Notes: a model not told the origin generated them from the letters alone. A DNA stretch of 64,000 nt from Gammaproteobacteria bacterium (GCA_965238175.1 CBDEGZ010000003.1:992001-1056000), one strand, 5' to 3'; positions 54,128 to 63,213 are shown, counted from the first letter of the stretch. Translations and numbers: made by a program.

Positions 54128-54733
54128 ATGAGTCCTACAGTCATCCTAACCATCAATTTCACTCTTATTTCACTCGCTTATCTTTTTGGTTCTTTCAGCT
54201 CAGCCGTGGTTGTCTGCAAAGTGATGGGGTTTTCTGATCCGCGTGAAAATGGTTCTAATAACCCCGGTGCGACCAATGTTCTACGTTTGTACGGCAAACT
54301 AGCCGCTTTTATTACGCTAATGGGTGATTTACTTAAAGGATTACTGCCAGTGATGATCGGGAAATTATTCAATGTATCAGATTTAGTACTCGCTCTGATA
54401 GGACTTGCAGCCTTTTTAGGCCATCTCTACCCAGTCTTTTTTGGCCTTAAGGGCGGCAAAGGGATCGCAACATTTATCGGCGTGCTTTATGGATTCGCCT
54501 GGCAACTAGGCCTTGTTTTTATGATCACCTGGGGGCTGATTGCGTTGCTGTTTAAGTACTCATCTTTGTCAGCGATGGTTGCATCCTTAGTGAGTATTCT
54601 TGCAGCAGGTGTATTCCTTGGTTCAAAAGTCTATTTGGTGGTGGTTTTGATTATAGTAATTTTTATCTTCTACCGGCACAGATCAAATATAAAAAATTTG
54701 ATTAATGGTACTGAAGATAAGTTGAATGAGTGA
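54128..54733 (+). CDS. plsY: Glycerol-3-phosphate acyltransferase PlsY
   Basis: GSNNPGATNVLR, GGKGIAT, HRSNI. Confidence 0.97.
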   Translation: MSPTVILTINFTLISLAYLFGSFSSAVVVCKVMGFSDPRENGSNNPGATNVLRLYGKLAAFITLMGDLLKGLLPVMIGKLFNVSDLVLALIGLAAFLGHLYPVFFGLKGGKGIATFIGVLYGFAWQLGLVFMITWGLIALLFKYSSLSAMVASLVSILAAGVFLGSKVYLVVVLIIVIFIFYRHRSNIKNLINGTEDKLNE

Positions 54734-54971
54734 CAGGCAGAATTTAGGAAAAGTATATAGTCTTAAACATAGAATATGGGAACAGGTTTTATAGGTTTCG
54801 TCCCTGAAATTCTTCTTTCTACGTCATCAGAATGACAGTTTATTGTCTGGAAAAGCCAGTCATCCTGAGCAGTAGCGCAGGATCTCAATATCGGAGATAA
54901 AAGCATTCCAGTGATCAAATTTATTTTAAAGTTAAGCTGTTCTCTTTTATCCAAAACTAAAGTCAAAAAAA

Positions 54972-55826
54972 CTATTTTTGAGCTTCCCTTTTGATCCGAA
55001 ATAAAGAAGAAATATCTTCCTCGCCATAACCGTTCGCAATCAACTGATCATAATCTCTTAAGGTCATCTCCACCGACGGCAGAGGTGCTTTCGCCATATC
55101 ATGACAAATAGCCAAATCTTTTCGATGTAAGGCCACCTTAAAACCTTTACTGAATTTATTTTGCAGCATCGTTTTTCCACGATGGTCCAAAAACCAATTT
55201 GCAGCCGCGCCACTGCCGACCACATCGACAACTTTATCCATATCCAATCCCATCGACTCACCAAAAGCCAGTGCGTCCGTAACCGCCTGATTAATACCCG
55301 CTGCCATAATTTGATTCACTGCTTTTGTCGCCTGACCCGATCCGGTAGATCCCATATAAACAATATTGCCACCGATGGTTTCTAAAACAGGTCGAGCCGA
55401 TTCCAACACTGCTTCGTCACCACCGATCATCATCGCCATCGTGCCGTTCTTCGCGCCTTCAACACCACCAGAAACAGGACTGTCAAGAAAGTCTGCACCG
55501 ACGGTCTTTAATAGATCAGAAACCTTTTTTGCCGTATCAGAACTCACTGTCGAAGTGTCGATCACAACAGATCCTCTCTTTACACTCGGCAGCATCGCAT
55601 TCACCACTTCCAAAACATCCGCATCCCGTGATACACAAATAATGATCAGATCAGATTGCGCTGCGACATTTGCCGGAGAGCCTGAAGCGACAATTCCAGT
55701 TTGATCAGAAAGTGGTTTTGATCTCTCTGGGTTGCGGTTCCAAAACGCCGCAAGATGACCTGCTTTGTGTAAATTCAACGCCATGCCTATTCCCATAGCG
55801 CCTAAACCGATGATGCCTGTTTTCAT
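54972..55826 (-). CDS. NAD(P)-dependent oxidoreductase, beta-hydroxyacid dehydrogenase family
   Basis: GLGAMG, DSPVSGG, KAVNQ. Confidence 0.92.
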   Translation of the reverse strand: MKTGIIGLGAMGIGMALNLHKAGHLAAFWNRNPERSKPLSDQTGIVASGSPANVAAQSDLIIICVSRDADVLEVVNAMLPSVKRGSVVIDTSTVSSDTAKKVSDLLKTVGADFLDSPVSGGVEGAKNGTMAMMIGGDEAVLESARPVLETIGGNIVYMGSTGSGQATKAVNQIMAAGINQAVTDALAFGESMGLDMDKVVDVVGSGAAANWFLDHRGKTMLQNKFSKGFKVALHRKDLAICHDMAKAPLPSVEMTLRDYDQLIANGYGEEDISSLFRIKREAQK

Positions 55827-55848
55827 ACGATCTCCTTAACAGTATTTT

Positions 55849-56526
55849 TTACCAATATTGAGGTTTTATAGCTGGTTTTTTCTTTGTTGGAACTTTTTCG
55901 GGAAGTTGAAAAAGTTCGAGTTCTTCTTCTGAAATGTAAGAGCGAGTCCAATTTGCCAGCCTAGATAACTTTTCGTTACCGGGCCTGTTTTTTTTATTTG
56001 TCGGTTTTTTTCGAGGAAGAATCAGTCCTATTTCCATTTCGGGAACATCTTCTTTTATCATTTTTAAGGCAGGTTCAAGATCAGAATCACTTGAAACTAA
56101 AATAATTTGATCACAGCTTTGTTTAATAGCATCTCTATACATGTGTAATGCAATATTTACATCTGTTTGTTTTTCTTCGAGCTTCCAGACTTCGACTTTG
56201 TTATCTTTCTGTATTGGGTGTTCATATATTGGAGGTGTACCCTTTTCAAGGCTATGGTAGCCCATAATAATTTCTATATTTTCACCATGAGTTATAGTCA
56301 ATGCTTTGTGGTAAGTATTCTGTGATTGGTGGGATAATTCACCCTTTGTTGCAACTCTGGTTAGTACAGGAGATGTAAAATATTTTGATAGTATAATTTC
56401 ATACTTTGGATTTTGTATGTTACAAATTTTCTTGAGTAATTCAGCGACATCAAGCCACTTGTAGCCAGTATCTTTTAATAATCCATAGTAAAAGTTATAA
56501 CCATCAATATAGGCAATTGTTCGCAT
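55849..56526 (-). CDS. NYN (LabA/DUF88) domain putative ribonuclease
   Basis: YIDGYNFYY, EEKQTDVNIA, SSDSDL; start placed at MRTIAY. Confidence 0.9.
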   Translation of the reverse strand: MRTIAYIDGYNFYYGLLKDTGYKWLDVAELLKKICNIQNPKYEIILSKYFTSPVLTRVATKGELSHQSQNTYHKALTITHGENIEIIMGYHSLEKGTPPIYEHPIQKDNKVEVWKLEEKQTDVNIALHMYRDAIKQSCDQIILVSSDSDLEPALKMIKEDVPEMEIGLILPRKKPTNKKNRPGNEKLSRLANWTRSYISEEELELFQLPEKVPTKKKPAIKPQYW

Positions 56527-56544
56527 TTGAATCCCTAGAAATGA

Positions 56545-56570
56545 AAAAACCACCATGAGGTGGTTTTTTC
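56545..56570 (-). terminator. Intrinsic terminator in the leader of the NYN gene
   Basis: AAAAAACCACC-tcat-GGTGGTTTTTT about 20 nt before the ATG. Confidence 0.75.
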
Positions 56571-56703
56571 GTCTTACAGTAATGCCAACTAAATGGCTTT
56601 CCCATAAGATGAGTCGTACTAATAGCATAGTATAGCATTTGCTAGATTACAAACTATTTTATATTTCTAATATTTTATTGGTACTCAAGTAATTACTTTA
56701 AAA

Positions 56704-58158
56704 TCATGGGTTATTTATATTTATAGGGTTTGTACTAAAATGATCTGCAATAACCTCTGCCACGCAACAGGTTAATTTCTTCCCAGTAGGTATATGTAAA
56801 AACTCATTCGGACCGTGGGCATTTGATTTTGGTCCGAGGACGCCGGTGATCATAAATTGTGCTTGTGGAAATTTTTCACCGAGCATTCCCATAAATGGAA
56901 TTGATCCGCCTTCGCCCATATGTACGGCTTGTTTGCCGAAGAAATCCTTTGATGCGTTATTGATTGAATCTTCTAGCCATGGTGTCAGCTCAGGTGCATG
57001 CCAGCCACTTGCAGCCCAGTCAGGAGTGAAGGTGATTTTTGCATTGTAGGGTGGATCACTTTCCAAAATTTGTTTGAGCTTGTTCGAGGCAATTTCAGCA
57101 TCCACTGTTGGCGGTAATCGTAGTGATAATTTGATTGATGTTTTAGGACGTAGAACATTTCCAGCACTTTCAATATCTGGCAATCCACCTGCACCGATGA
57201 CCGACAAGGCAGGTCGCCATGTTCTGTTTAGAACCAGTTCTGCGAGATCATAACTGATCGGTTTTGCTTTATGGTTTTCTTCTCCAACAAAAGGAAATCG
57301 TGAGTAAGATTTTTCGCCGATTACCTCCGCAGCAATTTTCGCTTGTTGTTGTCGTGATTGTGGAATTTCAGCCTGACATTCTGCAAGTAATATTTCGCCG
57401 GTTTCTGCATTTTCGATGCGGTCAATTAATTGTCGAACGATCCGAAAGGAGTCGGGAACAATCCCACTGGCATCGCCAGAATGTGCGCCTTGTTTGATGA
57501 TTTCTACGGAGAGTTCACCGCCAGCCAATCCGCGTAAAGAGGATGTGCACCAGAGTTGATCATAATTTCCGCAACCGGAATCTAAACATATGACTAAATC
57601 TGGTTGACCGATACGATCAGAAAGTTCGTCAATGTAAAAAGGCAGATCGTAACTGCCGCTTTCTTCACAGGCTTCGATGATGACAACGCATCGTGCATGT
57701 GGAATATTTTGTTTTTGTAACGCAGTAATCGCAGTGAGGGACGAGAACATTGCATAGCCATCATCAGCGCCACCACGACCGTACAATTTGTCGTCTTTGA
57801 TTACCGGAGTCCACGGGCCGAGCCCTTCCTTCCAACCGGTCATTTCCGGTTGTTTATCGAGATGGCCATAGAGCAAAATCGTGTTGTCAGATTTGCTTGC
57901 TTCAGTGGCTGGAATATCCATAAAAATTAAAGGCGTTCTTCCTTCAAGCCGAACGACGTCTAATTCCATTTCTGGATTTTTTTGATCTTTGGCCCAACGA
58001 ACAAATTGATCAACGACTTTTTCCATGTAGCCATTTTCTTGCCAATCTGGATCAAACGCTGGAGATTTATTTGGGATACGAATGTAATCAACGAGTTCGG
58101 GAATTATTTGGTCATCCCAAACTTTTTCGACGTAGTTTTGTAATTCTTTTTTATTCAT
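56704..58158 (-). CDS. M20-family metallopeptidase (dipeptidase-like)
   Basis: YGHLDKQP, GRGGADD, EESGS, NAHGPNE. Confidence 0.93.
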   Translation of the reverse strand: MNKKELQNYVEKVWDDQIIPELVDYIRIPNKSPAFDPDWQENGYMEKVVDQFVRWAKDQKNPEMELDVVRLEGRTPLIFMDIPATEASKSDNTILLYGHLDKQPEMTGWKEGLGPWTPVIKDDKLYGRGGADDGYAMFSSLTAITALQKQNIPHARCVVIIEACEESGSYDLPFYIDELSDRIGQPDLVICLDSGCGNYDQLWCTSSLRGLAGGELSVEIIKQGAHSGDASGIVPDSFRIVRQLIDRIENAETGEILLAECQAEIPQSRQQQAKIAAEVIGEKSYSRFPFVGEENHKAKPISYDLAELVLNRTWRPALSVIGAGGLPDIESAGNVLRPKTSIKLSLRLPPTVDAEIASNKLKQILESDPPYNAKITFTPDWAASGWHAPELTPWLEDSINNASKDFFGKQAVHMGEGGSIPFMGMLGEKFPQAQFMITGVLGPKSNAHGPNEFLHIPTGKKLTCCVAEVIADHFSTNPININNP

Positions 58159-58280
58159 TTTCAGATTATATTTTTAGATAATTTTATAAGTAACCTGATG
58201 TGATGGTCTCCTCCCCCTAACGGCATCTAGGTGCCATGATTGAACTGACATACACACAATCAAAAGAGGAGAAGACCAAA

Positions 58281-59294
58281 ATGAAGACTACAACAATCGG
58301 GTTAGACATAGCAAAAAACGTATTTCATGCTGTCTGCTGTAATCAACAAGGGCGTATAATCAAAAAGAAAATGTTAAAGCGAGCGCAGGTACTCTCCTTT
58401 TTTCAATCTCAACCTCCTTGTTTAGTCGCAATAGAATCTTGTGCAACGTCACAGTATTGGGCCCGAGCGATACAACAACAGGGACATCAGGTGAAATTAC
58501 TACCACCTCAGCATGTTAACGCATTTCTAATCGGCAATAAGAATGATTATAACGATGCCTTGGCCATCGCCGTTGCTGCGAAACAACCTCATTTAAAAAG
58601 TGTGGGCATTAAATCAGTTGAGCAACAAGACAACCAGGCACAACATAAAGCAAGAGACTTAGCGGTCAGACAAAGAACCGCATTATGTAACCAAATGAGA
58701 GCGCTTGTTGCAGAATATGGCATTAGCCTTCGTCCCGGCCTAAATACCCTACGTCAATCTATCCCGTTGCTATTAAGTGATGAGAACGAACGGTTGTCCG
58801 TTACTTTCAAAAGGATACTGCGCCAGCTAAAGGAACAATGGCAATCACTTGATGCCTGTATTGCGACATTTGACCAATTGATCATTCAATCGGCAAAAAA
58901 CAATGCGATTTGCCAACGCTTACAAACTATTCCAGGGTTTGGGCCGATGGTCTCGAGCGCGTATTTTAATGAAGTGGGAAACGGCGCTCATTATCACAAA
59001 GGGCGCGATGTGTCCGCCTCATTAGGACTTGTTCCACGACAGTACAGTAGTGGTGGTAAAGAGGTGCTACTGGGGATCAGTAAACGCGGCAATAAATACC
59101 TTCGTTGTTTGTTAATTCTAGGCGCGAAGGCCGTGGTATCAAGAGCCAAAACGAAAGGCGATAAACTGAGTCAATGGATTAATCGTTTAGTTGAGACGCG
59201 GGGGCATAATCGAGCGTGTGTGGCGTATGCCAACAAAATGGCAAGAATGGCCTGGGCTATAACGGTTTCTGGTGATGACTACTCACCGGCCTAA
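58281..59294 (+). CDS. IS110-family recombinase/transposase
   Basis: GLDIAK..E..KNDYNDA (DEDD RuvC-like), GLVPRQYSSGG; GAGGAG RBS before 58281. Confidence 0.96.
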   Translation: MKTTTIGLDIAKNVFHAVCCNQQGRIIKKKMLKRAQVLSFFQSQPPCLVAIESCATSQYWARAIQQQGHQVKLLPPQHVNAFLIGNKNDYNDALAIAVAAKQPHLKSVGIKSVEQQDNQAQHKARDLAVRQRTALCNQMRALVAEYGISLRPGLNTLRQSIPLLLSDENERLSVTFKRILRQLKEQWQSLDACIATFDQLIIQSAKNNAICQRLQTIPGFGPMVSSAYFNEVGNGAHYHKGRDVSASLGLVPRQYSSGGKEVLLGISKRGNKYLRCLLILGAKAVVSRAKTKGDKLSQWINRLVETRGHNRACVAYANKMARMAWAITVSGDDYSPA

Positions 59295-59299
59295 ATAGA

Positions 59300-59510
59300 G
59301 AGAACAAATCATTTCAACGAATTGCGAAGGTAAAACTAAAGATGGCATAACAGGTCAAACCAGCCTATTGAAAACCTGTCGAGCTCAGGGGTAACTAATA
59401 CCGATAACCTGATAAGGAAAATAGGCGCGTAATACATCCAGGTCAGAAGTTGAAAACTTCATTGAAGGCCGTATATATGACAGCAATCCTGTCCCTGTTA
59501 TCTGAATGTT
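59300..59510 (+). ncRNA. Predicted bridge/seekRNA of the IS110 element (boundaries approximate)
   Basis: Stem-enclosed segments matching the target (TAACCTGA, CGAGCTCAGG) and the donor junction (ATATATGA, TACATC). Confidence 0.7.
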
Positions 59511-59577
59511 TTATCTTGCAATACGGGAGGAGACCATATATGAATTCGGGATAAGAATGACTATAAAAACATTAAAG

Positions 59578-60803
59578 TGTAGAAATTCAGATTTGATCTG
59601 ACAGTTACCCAATTATCAGTAACCGACTGTCAGGTTAAGTTTAATTCACAAACTTTTCCTTCCAGATAGCTTGTCCGTCGATGAGTGTTTCCATCGGCGT
59701 CCTCCCGCAGCACATTTTGCCTTGGTGAGTTCGTTGAGTATTGTATTTGAGCAACCATTCGTCAAGGTCGAGTTGCAGTTCATCAATCGATTGGTAAATT
59801 TTCTTACGCAAAGCGACTTGATAAAACTCATTGAGGATCGTCTTATGGAATCGCTCACAAATACCATTCGTCTGAGGTGATTTGACCTTGGTTTTGGTGT
59901 GTTCGATATTGTTCAACGCCATATAAAGCTGATAATCATGCTGGTCAGCTCGCCCACAATACTCCGTCCCTCTATCTGTCAAAATGCGCAACATAGGCAA
60001 ACGTTGTTGTTCGTAGAATGGGAGGACGCGGTCATTGAGCATGTCAGCTGCCGTAATCGGTGTTTTAGTCGGGTACAGTTTCGCGTGAGCGACCTTGCTG
60101 TAAGTATCAACAAACGTTTGTTGATAAACCCGACCAATGCCTTTGAAAGTACCGACATAGTAAGTATCTTGCGAGCCAAGATAACCAGGGTGTGCCGTTT
60201 CTATCTCGCCACAAGCCTCATCGTCGTCTTTTTTGCGTTCCATCGCCGCGACTTGAGACTCAGTGAGGATCAAGCCTTCACCAGCTACCTTATCAGACAA
60301 TGCCTTCAGGCGATCTTTAAAGCAAGCAAGACCATGACGAAGCCAGATACAACGAACGCCACTGGGTGAGACAAATGTTCCCCGTTTGCGCAGCTCGTTA
60401 CTGGTGCGCGTTTGACCATGTGCGGGCTCTTCCAGTGCATACTCGAGCACAACGGTTTCAATAGCCGGGTCGATTCTGTTTTTAAGATTTGGGGTACGCC
60501 GATTACGATCAAACAAGGCTTCTACACCGCCTTCATCAGCCGCTTCTTTGTAGCGATAAAATGTATCTCTGGACAAACCCATCATCTTGCAGGCTTTTGA
60601 GACATTGCCGAGTTCTTCAGCGAGATTGAGTAGACCAACTTTATGTTTTATAACTTTGTCATTAGTATGAATCATGAGAGTTACCTCTTTGTGTTTTGAT
60701 GTTTACGTTGCAGTTACATCAAAGCGGGTAACTCTCACTAAATCAAGCGTCGCTACGCTCCGCTTGATTTAGTGATGTGTCAGATTGGGTCTAAACTTCT
60801 ACA
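59578..60803 (-). mobile_element. IS481-family insertion sequence, copy 2 (1226 bp, no TSD)
   Basis: Inverted near-identical copy of 3075-4300; flanks ATTAAAG / GTTCA do not match. Confidence 0.93.
59641..60675 (-). CDS. IS481-family transposase
   Basis: Identical to 3203-4237 except YEQQ vs YEEQ. Confidence 0.95.
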   Translation of the reverse strand: MIHTNDKVIKHKVGLLNLAEELGNVSKACKMMGLSRDTFYRYKEAADEGGVEALFDRNRRTPNLKNRIDPAIETVVLEYALEEPAHGQTRTSNELRKRGTFVSPSGVRCIWLRHGLACFKDRLKALSDKVAGEGLILTESQVAAMERKKDDDEACGEIETAHPGYLGSQDTYYVGTFKGIGRVYQQTFVDTYSKVAHAKLYPTKTPITAADMLNDRVLPFYEQQRLPMLRILTDRGTEYCGRADQHDYQLYMALNNIEHTKTKVKSPQTNGICERFHKTILNEFYQVALRKKIYQSIDELQLDLDEWLLKYNTQRTHQGKMCCGRTPMETLIDGQAIWKEKFVN

Positions 60804-60808
60804 GTTCA

Positions 60809-62153
60809 TATATGGTCTCCTCCCGTATTGCAAGATAAAACATTCAGATAACAGGGACAGGATTGCTGTCATATATACGGCCTTCAATGAAGTTTTCAAC
60901 TTCTGACCTGGATGTATTACGCGCCTATTTTCCTTATCAGGTTATCGGTATTAGTTACCCCTGAGCTCGACAGGTTTTCAATAGGCTGGTTTGACCTGTT
61001 ATGCCATCTTTAGTTTTACCTTCGCAATTCGTTGAAATGATTTGTTCTCTCTATTTAGGCCGGTGAGTAGTCATCACCAGAAACCGTTATAGCCCAGGCC
61101 ATTCTTGCCATTTTGTTGGCATACGCCACACACGCTCGATTATGCCCCCGCGTCTCAACTAAACGATTAATCCATTGACTCAGTTTATCGCCTTTCGTTT
61201 TGGCTCTTGATACCACGGCCTTCGCGCCTAGAATTAACAAACAACGAAGGTATTTATTGCCGCGTTTACTGATCCCCAGTAGCACCTCTTTACCACCACT
61301 ACTGTACTGTCGTGGAACAAGTCCTAATGAGGCGGACACATCGCGCCCTTTGTGATAATGAGCGCCGTTTCCCACTTCATTAAAATACGCGCTCGAGACC
61401 ATCGGCCCAAACCCTGGAATAGTTTGTAAGCGTTGGCAAATCGCATTGTTTTTTGCCGATTGAATGATCAATTGGTCAAATGTCGCAATACAGGCATCAA
61501 GTGATTGCCATTGTTCCTTTAGCTGGCGCAGTATCCTTTTGAAAGTAACGGACAACCGTTCGTTCTCATCACTTAATAGCAACGGGATAGATTGACGTAG
61601 GGTATTTAGGCCGGGACGAAGGCTAATGCCATATTCTGCAACAAGCGCTCTCATTTGGTTACATAATGCGGTTCTTTGTCTGACCGCTAAGTCTCTTGCT
61701 TTATGTTGTGCCTGGTTGTCTTGTTGCTCAACTGATTTAATGCCCACACTTTTTAAATGAGGTTGTTTCGCAGCAACGGCGATGGCCAAGGCATCGTTAT
61801 AATCATTCTTATTGCCGATTAGAAATGCGTTAACATGCTGAGGTGGTAGTAATTTCACCTGATGTCCCTGTTGTTGTATCGCTCGGGCCCAATACTGTGA
61901 CGTTGCACAAGATTCTATTGCGACTAAACAAGGAGGTTGAGATTGAAAAAAGGAGAGTACCTGCGCTCGCTTTAACATTTTCTTTTTGATTATACGCCCT
62001 TGTTGATTACAGCAGACAGCATGAAATACGTTTTTTGCTATGTCTAACCCGATTGTTGTAGTCTTCATTTTGGTCTTCTCCTCTTTTGATTGTGTGTATG
62101 TCAGTTCAATCATGGCACCTAGATGCCGTTAGGGGGAGGAGACCATCACATCA
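60809..62153 (-). mobile_element. IS110 family, IS1111 group, copy 2 (1345 bp)
   Basis: Reverse-complement copy of 58196-59540. Confidence 0.92.
61055..62068 (-). CDS. IS110-family recombinase/transposase
   Basis: Protein identical to copy 1. Confidence 0.96.
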   Translation of the reverse strand: MKTTTIGLDIAKNVFHAVCCNQQGRIIKKKMLKRAQVLSFFQSQPPCLVAIESCATSQYWARAIQQQGHQVKLLPPQHVNAFLIGNKNDYNDALAIAVAAKQPHLKSVGIKSVEQQDNQAQHKARDLAVRQRTALCNQMRALVAEYGISLRPGLNTLRQSIPLLLSDENERLSVTFKRILRQLKEQWQSLDACIATFDQLIIQSAKNNAICQRLQTIPGFGPMVSSAYFNEVGNGAHYHKGRDVSASLGLVPRQYSSGGKEVLLGISKRGNKYLRCLLILGAKAVVSRAKTKGDKLSQWINRLVETRGHNRACVAYANKMARMAWAITVSGDDYSPA

Positions 62154-62167
62154 GGTTAAGTATTTTT

Positions 62168-62548
62168 TTATGTAAAGTGATCAAGCAGAACGAATATCCA
62201 GATAACCAAGCAATTGATCAGGCTGATCAAAACAGCGGCACTACCGACATCTTTTGCACGTTTTGATAGGTCATGTTTTTCTAATGAAACGCGATCAACA
62301 ATGGCTTCGATGCCTGAGTTGATTAGTTCTACGATCAAGACCAGAAAGATAGAACTGATCATGAGTGCTTTTGCTAACAAACTAACGGGTAGAATGAATG
62401 CAATGATGGTTAGTGGTATACCCAACGCCAGTTCTTGTCGGAAAGCAGATTCGTGTTTGTAGGCGGAGCGTAATCCATCTAGAGAATAGTGATAAGCATT
62501 AAATACACGACTTAGTCCAGTGGTGCCTTTGAAAGGGCTTTTCTTCAT
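62168..62548 (-). CDS. dgkA: Diacylglycerol kinase
   Basis: HESAFRQE, ELINSGIEAIVDR, AKDVGSAAV. Confidence 0.96.
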   Translation of the reverse strand: MKKSPFKGTTGLSRVFNAYHYSLDGLRSAYKHESAFRQELALGIPLTIIAFILPVSLLAKALMISSIFLVLIVELINSGIEAIVDRVSLEKHDLSKRAKDVGSAAVLISLINCLVIWIFVLLDHFT

Positions 62549-62663
62549 TTTCAGCTCATTATTTTATTTGAAAATGCTAGGTTACCTTAAATTTTTAAAA
62601 AAGTGGTCGAGATTCTCAGTTACTGGCAAAATGCCGAGTCAATTAACCAACTGGCTTGGAATT

Positions 62664-63191
62664 ATGACGATTAGAAATTTCAAAGATAAAGCTCCTGAAA
62701 TTGCTGACAGTGCGTTTGTCGATGAAACAGCGCTAGTGATTGGTGACACCACTTTAGGTGAGCATGTTTCTATTTGGCCAATGACGGTTGTTCGTGGTGA
62801 TGTGAATACGATCACAATTGGTGACTATACCAATATTCAGGATTCATCCGTTTTACATGTTAATCATGCTGGCCCTTCGAATCCAGAAGGTGATCCATTA
62901 CACATTGGAAAATACGTGACGGTTGGACATAAGGCCCTGGTGCACGCATGTACGGTGGGTGATTATTGTTTGATCGGAATGGGCGCGATTATTATGGACA
63001 GAGCTGTTTTGGAAGATTACGTGATCATCGGTGCGGGTAGTTTAGTGCCACCTGGAAAGGTTCTTGAGAGCGGTCTTTGGGTCGGCAGCCCCGCGGTAAA
63101 AAAACGTGATCTTACTGAAAGTGAGATCACATATTTGAAATACTCAGCTACGCATTATGCAGAGCTGGCCGATGAGCATAAAATAAAATAG
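62664..63191 (+). CDS. Gamma-carbonic anhydrase family protein (YrdA-like)
   Basis: RGDVN, NIQDSSVLH, TVGH...H hexapeptide repeats; start placed at MTIRNF. Confidence 0.92.
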   Translation: MTIRNFKDKAPEIADSAFVDETALVIGDTTLGEHVSIWPMTVVRGDVNTITIGDYTNIQDSSVLHVNHAGPSNPEGDPLHIGKYVTVGHKALVHACTVGDYCLIGMGAIIMDRAVLEDYVIIGAGSLVPPGKVLESGLWVGSPAVKKRDLTESEITYLKYSATHYAELADEHKIK

Positions 63192-63213
63192 TCCTGAAAT
63201 AAGTTATTGGCTA

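Larger units (their letters stand above)
58196..59540 (+). mobile_element. IS110 family, IS1111 group, copy 1 (1345 bp)
   Basis: Sub-terminal IRs ATGGTCTCCTCCC / GGGAGGAGACCAT, 7 and 3 bp inside the ends; long 3' non-coding region; no TSD. Confidence 0.92.
58193..62156. mobile_element. Nested element: relic IS/MITE (ends ACCTGAA..., IS982-like) carrying two IS110 copies and one IS481
   Basis: TAAGTA direct repeat at 58187-58192 and 62157-62162; reconstructed ends ACCTGAA / TTCAGGT are inverted repeats. Confidence 0.75.

Noticed and set aside
54763-54966. 67-aa ORF
   Set aside because: It translates REP-like sequence and has no RBS; likely spurious.
56527-56628. Longer N-terminus for the NYN protein
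   Set aside because: It runs through the leader hairpin and terminator; the domain begins at MRTIAYIDG.
58196-62153. Composite transposon formed by the two IS110 copies
   Set aside because: The TAAGTA duplication lies 3 bp outside the IS110 ends, and IS110s do not make such TSDs; independent insertion into inverted targets explains it better.
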